DNA of 64,000 nucleotides, from NCBI GenBank assembly GCA_977030845.1, contig OZ365113.1:31062001-31126000 (forward strand), given 5' to 3'. Source of the DNA: Fimbriosthenelais zetlandica. Taxonomy: Eukaryota. Position numbers and translations under genes: made by a program. Below the pieces are notes generated by a model that was given only the letters and a program-made list of their open reading frames with translations, did not search any database and was not told the DNA's origin. Positions 40,850-55,340 of the stretch are shown here, piece by piece. Each line of letters starts with the position of its first letter. The first letter of the stretch is position 1.

Positions 40850-41350
40850 GCAAGCCGCCGGACCGTCGTGGACGTGCCTTCTCTCACACACGACCTTATT
40901 ACACAACAAAACACTCAAGAACAATCCATCTATCAAGACTCCATATTTTCGGGAACGTTGAGCCTGGCTGAGGGAAATTACCAAGCTGGACCCGAGCCAG
41001 GGACTAAGTTTCTTCACTGGGGGGTGGCCATTGTTCACCAATATCGCCCTAAGTGCGATTTTGGGAACAGTGCACATTATCGCCACTGCCAGGCATAATT
41101 AGAACTCCGTGTCGGCCTCCTCTCCCTTGATGGATATGTTGACAGAGGAAGGGTGTCGTGAAACGCACACGCCGACGTTGGGACTGATTACTCAGACGGT
41201 ACGGACATCTCAGCTTCCCTTGTACCTGCAGTGTAAAGCTTACCTGCAGGCTGCCCGAGCGATAATCGGTGAAAAGTGGATTGAGCGAAAAATTGGTATA
41301 AGTAGAGGGCGAGCGATAATAGAAGTAGATGCACCATTAACCCGGTATGG
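40850..41350. promoter_or_regulatory. CpG-rich non-coding block, enhancer/CNE-like
   Basis: CpG-rich, with three GCGATAAT/ATTATCGC copies (41076, 41259, 41313). Translations show no recognisable domain. Confidence 0.3.
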
Positions 41351-44300
41351 TGCAGCACCATAACTAAATCTGTTGCCATATAGTATCCATTACAAAAGAA
41401 AGGTACGCCTAACCAGCCCACTGCCTGCGTCAGGTTATTTGATAAAACGTGCAGTGAGGGTGCTAGAAAGTATAGAGAGATGCAAAGCAAAATGTACCTT
41501 GAAGTGATGGGAACTTAGGGAAAGAGTTGAGAAAGTGGATGAATTAATGTTCCCAGTGCACTCTCATGCTTGTAATGTGTATTCTTTTTTCCCGGACCAG
41601 TTTGTAATCAGTATGAATAGTTGTGAAAGCAGTCAACTATTATAACTTTTTATGACCAAAAACATAAATTTATGATTCCAAAATTCAAGGCTGTGTCCCA
41701 GTCTTTATAGATAATGACGCCAACCTCTAGTCTTCAATTTATTCCGGACTGCCTTAAACATTTTTCATAACCGATATTAGGATTAGGAGTTAATCAATAG
41801 ACCTCCTTTCTGTCCAGCCTTCATTCATCATCCCAAAGCCCTCTAAAGCAACTTCCCTTCTCAAAGTTCTTTCTCCCAATTGAAGCCCCGTCCCCCTCTC
41901 GGTCTGTTATTGTAAGACGACCCATCGGTAGCCATCAAAAGTCCTTTGTCGATTTTTCACACTAATGTGGGATTCCACTTGATCCCTAGCTGCAGCCAGA
42001 CCCCTGAAATGGCCAGCTACCAGTGGGACTAGGCGATTATGGCACTGTCCAATCTCCTCCCCACCAGCCTCTCGGATCTTATGCAAATCAGCACTGACCC
42101 CGGCTCGTTAAGGTCCCCGGACACAGGCAGAAGTGCTGTGATTTCAGAGCTCCAAGATCAAGGAATTCTTGTGCCAGCTCCATAAATCTAGACTCTTGAA
42201 CTGCTCAATGCTATTGATATCCTATCTCTCTCCTTATGCCTTCTTTGCACAATGTACCCTTGCTTCCATCCATATACCCCCCACTGCCACCTTCAAGCAT
42301 AACTCCCCCCACCCTCCCACCCATCCTCTTTTCTCCCTCATACTCTTTCCCTTGGCAAATCGTTCATTCCGTAAAGTCCCTCAGACCCATTCATACAAAA
42401 GAACACATCTCATCTCTGCAGATCCAAAAGGCTTACATTAAGTTTGCATGCCCAAATCCATGTCCCCATCCTGCCCGGGTAGATATGATTTCGGCTGATT
42501 TTCTGTGGGATTTTGTTCACGAGGCAATTGTCACCAGCTCGCTCAGACCAAGTCCCGATCCCTATTATACACGCCCTTCTGCCTTTATTATCATCCACGA
42601 TTCATTATCGACAGAAATTTCCGAGCGAAATGTGTCTGATTAGGCATGGTCAAGCTGAACTTTTTGGATGAACTTGCCGACAGGCAGTTACAGAGCCAAA
42701 AGGATGTGGGGAGCTCAGGGACGTGTGAAAGTGCAAGGAACATTATAACATTATTGACCCGCAGTGGATGACCAATGAGTGAACCGAGCGATGTGTCATC
42801 TCAAGGAAAATGGCGTCTTGGCCCATTGTTACGTAGGGAATCAGCAGCTCGCCTCTCCTGAGGAGGTCAATAAATCTGATTCCCTTTGAAGTGTCTGGAA
42901 GGCTTTAATGACCCTTTGATGTCAGAGTGTCAGTACTTTGTCAGGCCATCCTTTCTTGATCAATGCACAAGACACGTGTACATAAAAAAACACTGAGGAA
43001 GAAATCTCACACGAATTTCCCCACGTCATGATTCTAAGAGTGATAGCCATTACCCTTATAATGTGGCAATGTCTGTGTAAAATCGTATCCACACCCTCAG
43101 AGCACTCAAGTATTAAAGCCTTGAAATCTCGGAAGAACTTGGGGAAATCTGAACTTGACTGCTTCAAATCGATAAATTCATGAACTTCTTGAACTTCTGA
43201 AGTCCAGGAAGCATTCTGGAATTGTTAGAGCTTAGCATAAACATGACAGACCAAAATAGAACATGTAAAAAAAAATTCGACGAAGGTGATATCGGGAGTT
43301 GGTATAGACAACAGTTGCATACACCTCAGGTTCTGATGGAACATGGTTGAAATGTATGGGATCTTGTCGTGCCAGCACTTTGATTGATAAAACACTTATT
43401 GCGCTCCAGACAGATGCAATGCCTTCATATTACATAGACAGAAAGTTAGAACATCCACCAGTTCACCTCAACCTCTCTCCCCACACACCCATGTGCGCAT
43501 CTTAGGCCTGATTACGTTTGCCCTGTGATTGGAGACAAAATCCCAATTGTTTGTTTTTCCAATTAGAGATATTGTGGAGGGCGTGGAGGTGCACGCCTCT
43601 GGCTGCGAATCTAGGAGATGTGAGTTGGGGAGGGCATTGTCTTAGATGTGAGAGGTGATGAGTGATCAGAGAATGCAATATCTGTAAGTAGATGGACTGA
43701 CCTGCAGTGGCTCTGGCCAGAGGCAGGACTTAGTCTACTGACAAGCCCACAAAGCCTTAGATGAAGCAATTCCCTCTGTCAAAACTCTGAAATTATTTCA
43801 TTCACAACACAAACTATCACAAATAGGATTTGGGGAATATGGCTGACACAAATAGGAATGAGCTTCATATGTGCTGCCATGAAATGGAATGAATGTTATT
43901 ATAAGTATAGATAAGGCTAGCTTCATTCCTTCAAGAATGACAGCTGCAAAGTACCTTTTACAAGTGTATTATAAGTTAAGGTCGGTCCCAGAAAGCCATT
44001 TTCTATGGTCCATTATAATAAAATCAGGCAAGGTCAATGAACATACCAGAGTAAAATTGACTTAAACTACTTTCAAGTGTTATCTACGTAAAAACTTCTA
44101 TTGGCATGCACGAACTGTGTCTCGTATTTAAATAGTACTAAATTGTACTTCAGGAGCCTATTTAAAAAGAAAAATTAGCAATGCTAAGTCTATGGCTAAT
44201 TTTTGTTTTGAAATGGGTTCCAGAATAACAAAGTATGGTACTTTATTTTCTGGCATTCATTTTCAGACTGATCGTCCGCTTTCTTCTCAGTCTTCACAGA

Positions 44301-47300
44301 CGACACCGGAATCCTTGCCATTAGACGTGTATGGATAATCTATGGATCCATGGAATCCTGCTTATCTTGATATGTTATCTGGGAAGTGCGGCCATTTTTA
44401 TCAAACTAAGCATATCTGGAGATAATCCAGAGGAGGAAGTAAATAACTTTGGGCTGAGTTTATGGCGGTTGGAATCTTCATAAGACAATGATTTATGACG
44501 GTGTCTTAGCTGTGGCCAGAGTATTCCTGTCCACTCTGAACTATGACAAAGCTAAGCCACTAAGTCCTGGGCGGGAGTGCATCTATAGTGAATACAAGGC
44601 AGCACATCTCATAATGTATGTACATAAGGTTCATGCTTTTATATATTCAGAAAAGGTGGCGATACATTTGGGGGCCGATGGGGAGAAGAGAAAAGGCAAT
44701 TGTGGAAGTAAAAGGTCATGATGGATGTGGTTGGGTGGATGGAAGGGAAAGCTTCAAAGTATTGTTGTTATGTCCATCTGTCATGGAATTGCCCTGATAG
44801 CCCAGTCTATCGGTATGATCAAAGTTGTGGGATGCATCAAAATCTGCAGCCATCTCATAAACATCCTGACAAATTACTGCTTCCTTCTGTCATACTATAT
44901 GGAATCTGGCTTCACTTGTTTGGTCTTTTATGGTCTTTCACGCTGGTATTTTGTCAATTTGAGACCGGTGTTTGGGGAGACAAACTTGCTGGCTTGATCT
45001 ACGGATCTGATTACCTTGCTAGAATGGCCACAGTCTGTCATAGGTATAATGCATTTACAGATGGCCAAGCAGGACTCCCACAGCATGCAAATAGCAGCTG
45101 AGCTCTTGCATCGTTCCCCGGTATGCGTGGCATTTATCAGACAAAGTATCGTTGCATGTGAAATGACACCAGCAAGGATTTATGCTGTTACCCGCAACTG
45201 GCAAGAGGAGGTGCGGGCAACAATTCCAGATATTGTTTCATTTTGGCCCAACCTTGGGTCATCAAATCACCATTACCGATGCTGTCAAGACGCCAAATGC
45301 CTCTTACGAGGGAGTCGACAGACAAATAGATATATCTGAAATCCTATAGTTGTTTGGCTACAAATTGTTTCATTGTATGCCGGCTGACTTCACAGCGATG
45401 CATCTTGACAGGCTAGTGATGGGCCGGAGAATGCTCGCTTGTGGACAATTGGTGGAATATTTCAGCGTCCGCCAAGCGACACCTTTGGCCTTACCAGCCA
45501 TCAGCGGGATTGCATTGGTCGGAATTGCATTGTGCCACCATCAGAACTCTTCTTGATGAAACACAGCTCGCACCGACTCCCCCTCTTATGCAATTCATCA
45601 AAGGAGCAGCTCACCAAACGGCGTTTTTGCTCCTTGATTTGTCCCCTGCATTTTTTCTCTTCCCTTCGTCACTAGGAGAGGGAGAGGGCGGAAACATTGA
45701 CGGGCTTTTCACTGCTCTACTGCTCGTGCATTTGCATCTGAAACGCCACGGACCACCAAGCCAGCGCTCTGTTCTTCATTATCTATTTAAATTAAGAGGT
45801 TTTAATTCTGGTGCAGTCATCGCTCTGAAGCCAAGCGAAATTAGCAGGGATTTGGGCGGCATGAAGCCCATCTCGTTGCTGTCCAAAACGGGAATCATGG
45901 CCCAAGGACAGATAGCAGAGCTGCAATGATTCCAAATAGTTCCGCACTGTTTCACTACCACTCATTTTAAGCATAATATTCATTCATGAAAAAAGCAGTA
46001 GTTTTCAGATCAATGCGATTAATGAATATCACCTCATGCATCCAGGGCTGCACATTATATATTATATATAGTTCTAATATGATAAAATTTATCATATATC
46101 ATAAGATCTGAAGTATGATCTTAATGGTTGATTCTGTAATCATTAACTAACTTGTATGCGCATGCTGCATTGAAAAAGTGTCTCGATCGTCTAAAAATCA
46201 AAATGGAGAGATATATTCTTCCACCACCAACAATATACATGTCCATAGAACTTTTTTTTAAGGATAACTTATATAAGACACAGACGGTATAAGATCTCCA
46301 GAAAAATCTTGGCGGATTTCTTAACGGCTGCGATAGGAAATTGTTGGTGAAGCGACTGTGGCAGGTTTGTGATGACCACGATGCCGGGCAGGGCTGGGAA
46401 GTGGTTGAGTATAATTACACCATGTTGTTCAGTGTTTCTGTGAGGTAATTATCCAAACCAGACCTCGCCCCTCTCATGGTCCTGCCTTTCTCACATCTTT
46501 ATTATCATCAGCACTGGGCTCTTGTTCCCATCTATTCTGCATTATCTGGTTTTTCAAGGATCAGCGTTTCGTCACTATGCTGATCAGCCTCGTCGCTGAT
46601 CCCTGCTTGTCAATCGCCACACCCGTGTATCCCTGAAACCTCTAGCCCCCTTTTTGTTAATGACCTCATTTAAATGACGGTATCTTTTTACAGTTGTCAT
46701 CACGCGAACATTGGGACCACTTCCTGTAGTTGGAGGGAAAATCTTCTCTTGCAAGAGCTCTTCATTTTTGTACTTTGATCTAGCTGTACCCAGCTCCCAA
46801 TTGCCTCGCCCTCCCTCCTTCCTTCCCATATATATCTTCGTCTTTTCTTAAACTCACTCTCTGACTGAGATTCCAAAAGATGGCAAATTTGCTAAATTAT
46901 ATAGTTCCCTTTAGAAGCGAAGTGTCAAATTATAGAATCAAGCAATCCAGTTGGAAACTCACCTGTCCCTTACCCACAAGGAAATGCATTCAAAGTTTTA
47001 TAAATACCTGCTTATCTACCTTTCCTTTTTCATACCTTTATATTATACTCTCCTCTATGCATCATACTGTGCTAATATCCTGAGCTCTAAGAAAAACAGC
47101 CTGCCTGCCATCGGTTGTAATTTAGTGATCAGATTACGGTTGTTTATGCACATGTCTCACATTCTTAAATGAAATTACAACCGGTTTTCTGGGGTTGGAG
47201 CCAGGTGGAGGGTGGCTAGGAAGAGAAAGGGGACAATGGAAGAAAGACTGACAGGAAAACTCCAACCTACAATTATCCCTACTTGTACTTTAATTGTCAT

Positions 47301-47526
47301 AGAGGAGGTAAGGGCTGGAGGTTGAAGGGGTAGATTATTACCCTATGATGACCTGGCCTCAAAGGCAGCCTCCAGCAATGTATATAGGAAATTCCCCCAG
47401 GTCAAGGATCACAATAGAATGCTGGGATTAAGCTCATTGTCATAGTCCAAACGCCAAGGAACTGGTTAATGTGAAGGACTACATTCACTGAATGAAAGAT
47501 GAAGGTAACATGATCACAGACAATGT

Positions 47527-47662
47527 GAAGAGGAGAGAGTTGGAGAGAGGAGGAGAGAGTTGGAGAGTCGAAGGGAGAGGGGGAGTACAAGAGGAGAGTG
47601 AAGAGGATAGGGGGAGAGTGAGAAGAGAGAGAACAGGAGGGAGGGGGAGGGAAGGCGAGGGA
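47527..47662. repeat. Purine-rich (GA) low-complexity tract with internal 18-bp direct repeat
   Basis: Almost pure G/A for 135 bp. GAGGAGAGAGTTGGAGAG occurs at 47530-47547 and 47550-47567. Confidence 0.85.
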
Positions 47663-50600
47663 CATAATTATGTCAAATGTCAAATGCTTATTGTTTTAAA
47701 TGTTACAGGCCTACTATATACTGCTAATGAAAATTAATGTAAATATGAAACTATATTAAAATGTCGATCATGGCACAAGAATTAGTTTCAAATATTATCT
47801 CAAATTACTCATTGTTCATTTGCTCACTAACAGCATTTCTACCTGTTGGGTGATGACTTCTTGACAATTGCAGGTAATTGGATTTTTTCGGTTATTAAAA
47901 TATGTAATTAAATTGTTTTTTGGTTGTTTTTTATCTTTATTAATTTTTTCCATGATTGTCACTTCATAAATCGGGGGTATACATGCCTGGATCCAGGGTG
48001 CTGTTGCCTAAGTGTAATAATCTAATTTCCCATAGAAATATAGGGCCTACCATAAGCTAGTTGCCTGAAAATCTCCTAATTTACAGGGAAAATCTCCAGG
48101 TTTCAAGAACACTGACATTTTAAGGGTATAAGAAGGTCATAAGTTGGTGTCTATAAGCTGGCCAGTCTCCATGCATATCACCTGTCTATTTCACTATTTA
48201 ATTTTGCTTTGAAGTCATCCTACTTCACCGCATTAGATAGTGGCTTTGAAAGCAGATTGCCATGGCCAACCAAATTGCCCTCATGGTGGTAAAAGGCCAG
48301 CAATGGCTATAGATTTCCAGCTGCACAATTGGTGCATGGAAGAAAAACAATAGGTTGACAGATTACCTGTCAGACACTTAACATAGACAAGTAACAAACC
48401 AGTATAATTATCGCACCTGGACAGGAGGGTTAGCATTGCACCCCTTTCCCCTTCATATTATACCCAGAATAGCCAACTCATTGAGGCAATGCTAAGAAAA
48501 ATCACCGGTCATGTCACTGAATGCACATTGTGCTGGGAATAATCGTTTTGGGCGACAGGAGAAAACTTTTTCATCAAAAACTGGACCAAGTGATTACGGT
48601 CCTCCAAAACTGCAATTATCACGAATTCTGAAGTGACCCAGTTGCGCAGCAAAGCGAACTTTTTCTCAGCAAGTTTTTATTTTTATCTCCTGATGGAAAT
48701 CGGGAATGCAATTTTGGACACATTATGTGAAGTGGAAGACATAACTCACGGCTGACAGGTATGACATTAATTAAAGAAAATTACTATCAAGGATGCGAGG
48801 CGGGGTCTAGAGTGTAAAGAATTAAAGCAGGGTTGGAGAATAGCCATGCTGTCTGAGTCTAGATTGGCATGTATAGCAGGGGGTATTAAATTTCCCCTAC
48901 TTTTGTATTAAAAGAAGATGATTATCTTCCTTGGAGGCAAATAGGTGGTGATTCATCAGGAGGTCCAAAGTCCAACTCTCAAATTACATATGATGGTCCT
49001 CTCCAAACTTCAAACAAAGGCCATTACAAAGTTTTATGTTTCATGAACTTCTGGTAAGGTATAAGCTCATTTGGGATTAGTCTTTTTAACCTCACTTTAA
49101 AAAAAAGAGAAGAAGAAGAATGTATGTAAAATCGGCGGTTACTTAATACAAAGCAAGTCTTCAATCATCTGTTGAATTCAGCCAAATCTGAGGGAATCTT
49201 TCTCGAGAAGAATTCCCTATATGATGTGAGGTGGGAGTTTCCCCCAAGTAAATTGCTATAGTATAATTCCCACTAATAGGGGAACAAGCATTTACTACTT
49301 AAGATGATAGATGGGGTGTCATTCCATGTGTCATTTGGTCTCGCACCTTATGGCATGATGGCTAACAATTATTTGAGTTAGCTAGGCTTGAAGGTGCTAA
49401 TGCGTGCGTCTGCTTGTCTCCTATAAGACAATTGTAACACGACAGGTTGACATTGCAATAAGACTAGCGAATAAAAGGAAGGTACTGTGCCCTGTCATAC
49501 GTTCTCAGAAGCACCACAATCGTGTTTTAATGAATAAATGTGTCTGTCATATGATCCTTTTTGCCATTGCATTGCTTCATTTATTTTTCTTTTATGACAT
49601 CTGTCCGCCATTTAGGTGGTGGGGATTATATGAAAATCTGGCTAAAGCAGCAATCGGTAATGAGGAATATGAGATCCAAATTTGAAAAGGCAAAGCAGAA
49701 CATTTTGACAAAGTGGAAGGCTGAATTGATCGTATGACTTCCTCTAGGAAAATAGCGGTATTTTTATTAGTTTCATGGGGAAGTTGGAATGCAAGAGGAA
49801 GTCAAACATTAAGGGAAATGGCCTTTGTCCTGATGCAAGTGTGTCTTCCCTTGTCATCTGAGTCACTGTCGGAATGACAAAACAAACACTTGTTCAATTT
49901 CTTCTGGTAATATTTTTAATTCTTCTTCTGATAATATCTTTTATTAAGGCTGTTTTTATCTACTAAAACAGTGCCCTGGGGCTGATGATTACGATCATCA
50001 CCTCTGTTAAAGCATGTGGCATCACTTCATGTCATATTTCCTCGCTTGGTGGCATGACCGAGCCGCATGCTCCAAATGACAAAACACTGCAGACAAACCG
50101 CTTGGTATAGTGAATTTCTACTTAAAACTCAGCAGTTCAGCCAAGCATGCCACTGCCAAATGATCACAAACGGACTATAACGCACCTTTCCCACCGCAGC
50201 TATTCATTGTATTTATACTTATCTCTTCCAATGAGCACAATTCTCTGACCTTAAAACAACAATCTATTGAACAAGTGGGGACATTTCAAAATCCATGTAT
50301 CATGCATTGTTATTTCAACGAGGAGGAATAAGGGACATCCTTGTAAATGAAGGTCATTGAAAGCAGGTGTACATAGGGGCGATAATTAGTGAAAATACCA
50401 TCTAGCTGCCGATCTTCCGGCTGTGGGGCATTTGGTTTTGTGTCTGTATCAATAGGCACATTGTGTGGATCTGGGGCAGTGAAATACCATTTTATGACAC
50501 CGTGATAGGCAGCATGAATAAAAGTAATTTCTACCCTCAATGAACAATTCTTGAGTAGCACCACTTTGCCAGGGCACAAGGGACATAGGGCACGGCCAAT

Positions 50601-53600
50601 AAGGTGTGGTGCCTGTCACCTTGTCCCTTTCTGTGGCATGGCTAAACCATATATATAGATTAGACCGATTTTTTGGGTGCTTTGTGTAAAAATAACACAC
50701 CTTAGTATGTCCACGAATGGGAGGTATGTTATAATTATCATTCATAAGTAAAATGACCTAATTGCCCCAGTGTTGTATGAACTCTGTCAGGGGTAGTATC
50801 GGTCATGCTTGACTTGTACCTTAAACACGGGGCTTTTCTCACAGCACATGTGGTGGAAAAATTAAGCATCAAACGTGTGACAGAAAGGGGTCAAGCATAA
50901 CATGGTAATTAGTGTGCAGATTATGGTGGCCAACTTTGAGCCAACTGTCTGGGAATTTGGCAATGGTTTAGAAGTGGCATAATGAACCATCTGTAAATTT
51001 TCCATAAGGATCTAAGCAAGCAGAGAGCCGGTAATTGCGGCAAGTCTTCCCAGCCCGCATGGCTGAAATATGCCCTCAGGTTTCATTGGCCTTTTTCAGG
51101 TAATTAATCTTGAGGACTGATTGTCAAGATGTAACCGCAATTGTTGATTGATTGTATCGACATTGTACTTAATCAGAGTTTCAAATGGAGGCATGTCAGA
51201 GAAGTTAAATCTTTGTCCTGTTATGATAACCACAAAGATATGTGTAATGGGTAGTGGAGGAATTCCTCTATTACTTTATGAGGGACACCCTTACACCACT
51301 AACCAGTATACCCCGAACAAAGAATCATCTCTCTGTTCCCGCCTTCCATTCATTGCATCAATTGTCCTTCCCGATTTGATAATTGTAAAAAGAAATTTTG
51401 AAACAAGTTGAGAACATTCGGTCAACGATCCTGCGACAATACGGATGCATAGCCTAAAGTATTTAAATTTATGAGTTCACTCCAATATTACTCCCAAAAT
51501 ATGAATATGTAAGAACTGATGATCCCACGAAGGAATCTCATTCTGTGTGTTCTATGTGTCATTTTTTGCTGCCTTTTCTTCAAAGAACATGCCATTTTCC
51601 TCTCTTAAAAACTTTCATAAATACACTCTACACAGAGTGGTAATTGAACTGCCGCTCAATCATTTAAGAGGCGACAAATGCCATACAAATCCACGGCTTT
51701 GCTTTTAATTATAGCTGCGTCAGATGGACAAAAGGTAGAGAGAGGGAAATTCGACACATGTCGCACCCTATACAAAAGATGCCGTCAAACCTTCGTCAGA
51801 CCCTGCAAGAGGATCAACCGAGAATCGTCGGTATATTAGGTGGAAATAAAGAAATAGCTCGACTCATTTTAAGTCAGTCTCACTCTCGCTTTCTCATTTC
51901 CACTTTTCAATGGCCCGGGACAAAATTCCACAACATAAATTAATCTGGAACATGAGAAGTGTTTCATATGATTTTCTTTTTTAAAAATATTCCCAGATTA
52001 CCCTGTCAAAGTGTTGTCCCATACCGAACGCTTATTCCCTGTACAAACATACTATTTGTTTTCCTCAGTGGCTCTGTGATGAATGATGAATGATGAATTA
52101 ATTACTAAGCCTGGAGGCTAAGATCCATGATTATCACAGCTAATTGGATTACATACTCATGCTTATGTATCCCATGAAGACACCAGCGCCATATAGCATT
52201 AAAGAGAGCCCATCCAAGACAATCATAATGATGATCCTTCCACTTAAGTCATTAGCACTAGCAGATTGCTTCATACAAGCGATGCCCCTTTATGATCATA
52301 GGGCCCTTTAACGCCTATCATCCCTCATCATTGCTCCTTAATGAACCCACTAATTAATATAGCAACATTGTGATTGCCTATCATGCCATATGCCAACACC
52401 ACTTGGCAGAGTGCTGCTTCTCCTCCATTGTTTCAGGCCCAGTGAGAGAGCGCCGGCCCCCAGCAGCTTGATGAGGAGATAAGGTAGGAAAGATAATAGG
52501 ACACATAATGATAACATCAGCTCCCGATCAATTATTAAAGGCTCTGCAGAGTGATATAACCGAGGCGTCCCATTAAGTCATTGTTATACACCACACTCAT
52601 TTGTCACTGGGAGAGGGAGAGAGGTGCCAGGCTTTGCCTCGCCTGTTTGTGTCATACTAATTATGTCCTTAATCGCCTGGGTCGGCCCCAGTGATTGGAT
52701 CCTTATGATCAAACGCTTTTCTGATGGGTAAATGTGTCTTAATGAGCGCATCCGTGTCAGATCTCATTAAGAGCATGTAATAAGTAATCCCCATGGGCTA
52801 TAGCCTTAAAGAGAAACAATAGCTGGGGCATTAAGGCAGAGCTGGTGACTGACATAGAGGTACCATAGGCTTCTGCTACTGCCTCCTGCAGCAGCAATAT
52901 GAAGAGGCATTAGAGCCAACTATGTGGGACTTCCAGGCTTCTGAAATATCTCCCTTCATCACCTATCTTTCTATCACCTATTTTTCTAAAGAAAGATTAA
53001 TTAAAATATGTTATCTGATACAGTTGCTCAAAGTTTTTCCGACATGTAAATGATGAAACGATGAATTTAACTTCAGAAGGGGAAAGGGCAATTAAATTTA
53101 AAGATAATGTTTCAACGACAAAGTAAGATTGTAGACACATGAAATGACTATAAACAGGTCAATAGAAAGTGAGTGTAGGAGAGATATGAAGCTACAAATT
53201 TGCCCTTATTAGGTTATAAATCTGTGTGGGGGATTCCCAGGAAAAGTTAATTAGGGAAAGCCCCGGAATCTGCTATTGTATGCATGTACATTAGTTATAG
53301 TTTAATAGCCTGGGTAATTATTGTCAAGACTGGAATCAACGTTATCATTCTTGACAACCATAATACAATTATTAAAGCATTTTTACATTCATCAATAATA
53401 CAATAATTATTCCCATTGTTTCTCATTTTGAATTAGAAAAAACAGCAGCAATTTGATACTTTTTCTGGATGAAGCGAAATTGAATGTGTATCATAATGGT
53501 ATGGGGGCGACATTGTGGGTTGTGTTTTAGGATGGGTGGATACGGGAGATTTTGTGCTCGTGTGGGAAGGGGGTGAGTCTGTCAAGGGTGGGGGGAAGAA

Positions 53601-55237
53601 TGGTCGTAGGATCTATGACCAGCTGACACCTGATCCTTTTCAATGTTTCACTCTTAGTGTGCCAGTACTTCTGAGGTCGGTCATATAGAGAACCACAGCT
53701 TTTTTTCGAGGAGGACGCGTGTCAGTATCGGGCATTGAAATGAAGATCAAGGACTTTAGCTGATCTTTGCTGGCCTTGCCCTGTGGTAGGAGGGAGGGCT
53801 GCCTGGGCTGAGTGTCATCTTACAAAGGAGGGAGAGGTGGGCAGAATGGGGAAGCCGACAGGCGAATAAGTCGTTCCGTCACTTCAATTCTCATCAAAAT
53901 GACTTCCCATGGAAATGGGTGATCGGGCTCGGTTTGGTAATACCATTGCCCTTCTTCCCTCTCTCTCCCCTTACCCCAACACACCTAATCCGTATCCCTT
54001 TCTTCTAAACCCCTCTGTTTCCCCTGTTCTGATTCCTTCTGCCTGAATTATTCCCTTCTGTTTACGTCTGTACCTCCGTTACTCTTCCTCCCAACTCCCG
54101 CAATTGGTCACTTCCGGTCCCCTGAGACTCACTCCCCATAACCAGCTATAACGCATGAAATTCAACCACGATCATGTACATTACCATATTACTTTCAAAA
54201 CATATATTATCTATGAATCAGATCTTGTTTATATTATGTATTGATATATATCACGACCTCATGAACTTGAAGGTATGATCAATGGTTGAGTTGAGAAGAC
54301 CAACAAAATGGAGGCTTTCTTCTAGCTTACTGGTCCAGTTAGCATCCGCTCATAAACCGAATGTTAATTTCGTTATTTTCTCGATGTGAACCACGCAGCC
54401 TTTTGTTAGCGAGAGTTCAACTGAAGTGAACTTCAACGGGGCAATAATGGGTCGGGGTGTCTCCCCTGGCCAAAGCTACCAGCAGCTTACAAGTCAGGGG
54501 GGCATTCAGAATTCCCCACGTCCCTGATTGCCACCTATACAAATAGTAATGGCCACCTTTGCATAAATCTTTGTTGATCTAATCTATTAGCAACCAACTG
54601 TCTTTCCTCTTTTTTAAGTTAACGTCCGAGTACATTAATAAATCACATTATCAAAGGATCTACCTTAGTACAGGGAGGGTTCCATCTGCCTCGGGTGATC
54701 CAATCTGTCACAATCTGAAACAAAGAGGGAGAAAGTCAGTGATAATGACGATTTGATTGTGTAGATATTTGGGACATAAATCAGGTGTCCAAGAGTTACA
54801 TGTATTGGGGGTTTGGGGACAGGAATGTTTGATCTGTTCGTGACATTATTTAGCAAGAACAAACTGGGTGGTGTGTCTTTACCAGTGGACAAAAGCATTT
54901 GGGGGTCGAGGAGCAGAGTCATTGAAACAGGTCATCCGTGCCAATGCACTAACGAACTCCCAACCAACATCGCTTTGCAAAGCCAATTTAGCCGCCATCG
55001 GTATTTCATTCATTCAACGGTTCTTCATTTTCCTCTATGTCCCTCGGCAATATGAGAATAATAATGGCAATAATGACAACTGCAAACTCATAACGGTGGA
55101 ATGATAATTTCGGAAAGCAAGGGGGAGATATCAAGTTGCATATAGAAGAATGGATCAATTGTTAATATCAGGAAGATGAGTGATTTGAAAAATAAAACGT
55201 GGAAATATGAGTGAAGTTCATCAATGAGTGGGTTACT

Positions 55238-55340
55238 CCCCCCCCCCCCCAATCCACCCCCCCCCCCCTCACCCCCGCTGTGCCAGCATTTATCGTCATA
55301 CAACCCCCAACCTCCCACCCCACCCACCCCCTCTACCCCC
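55238..55340. repeat. Poly-C / C-rich low-complexity tract (G-runs on minus strand)
   Basis: C13 (55238-55250), C12 (55257-55268) and several further C3-C5 runs up to 55340. Confidence 0.9.

Noticed and set aside
45441-45929. Longest ORF (162 aa) and other 100-140 aa ORFs (13842, 26981, 28393, 34425, 42236, 44718)
   Set aside because: No recognisable domain, random-like composition, overlapping ORFs in other frames or strands, and lengths expected by chance in 64 kb x 6 frames.
48356-48372. Inverted TGACAG-5 nt-CTGTCA pair
   Set aside because: Spacing differs from known TALE dimer sites, and the hexamer is frequent in this window.
10974-53263. NF-kB-like sites (10974, about 35855, about 47385, about 49233, 53229, 53254)
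   Set aside because: The count (about 6) matches chance expectation for GGGRNNYYCC.
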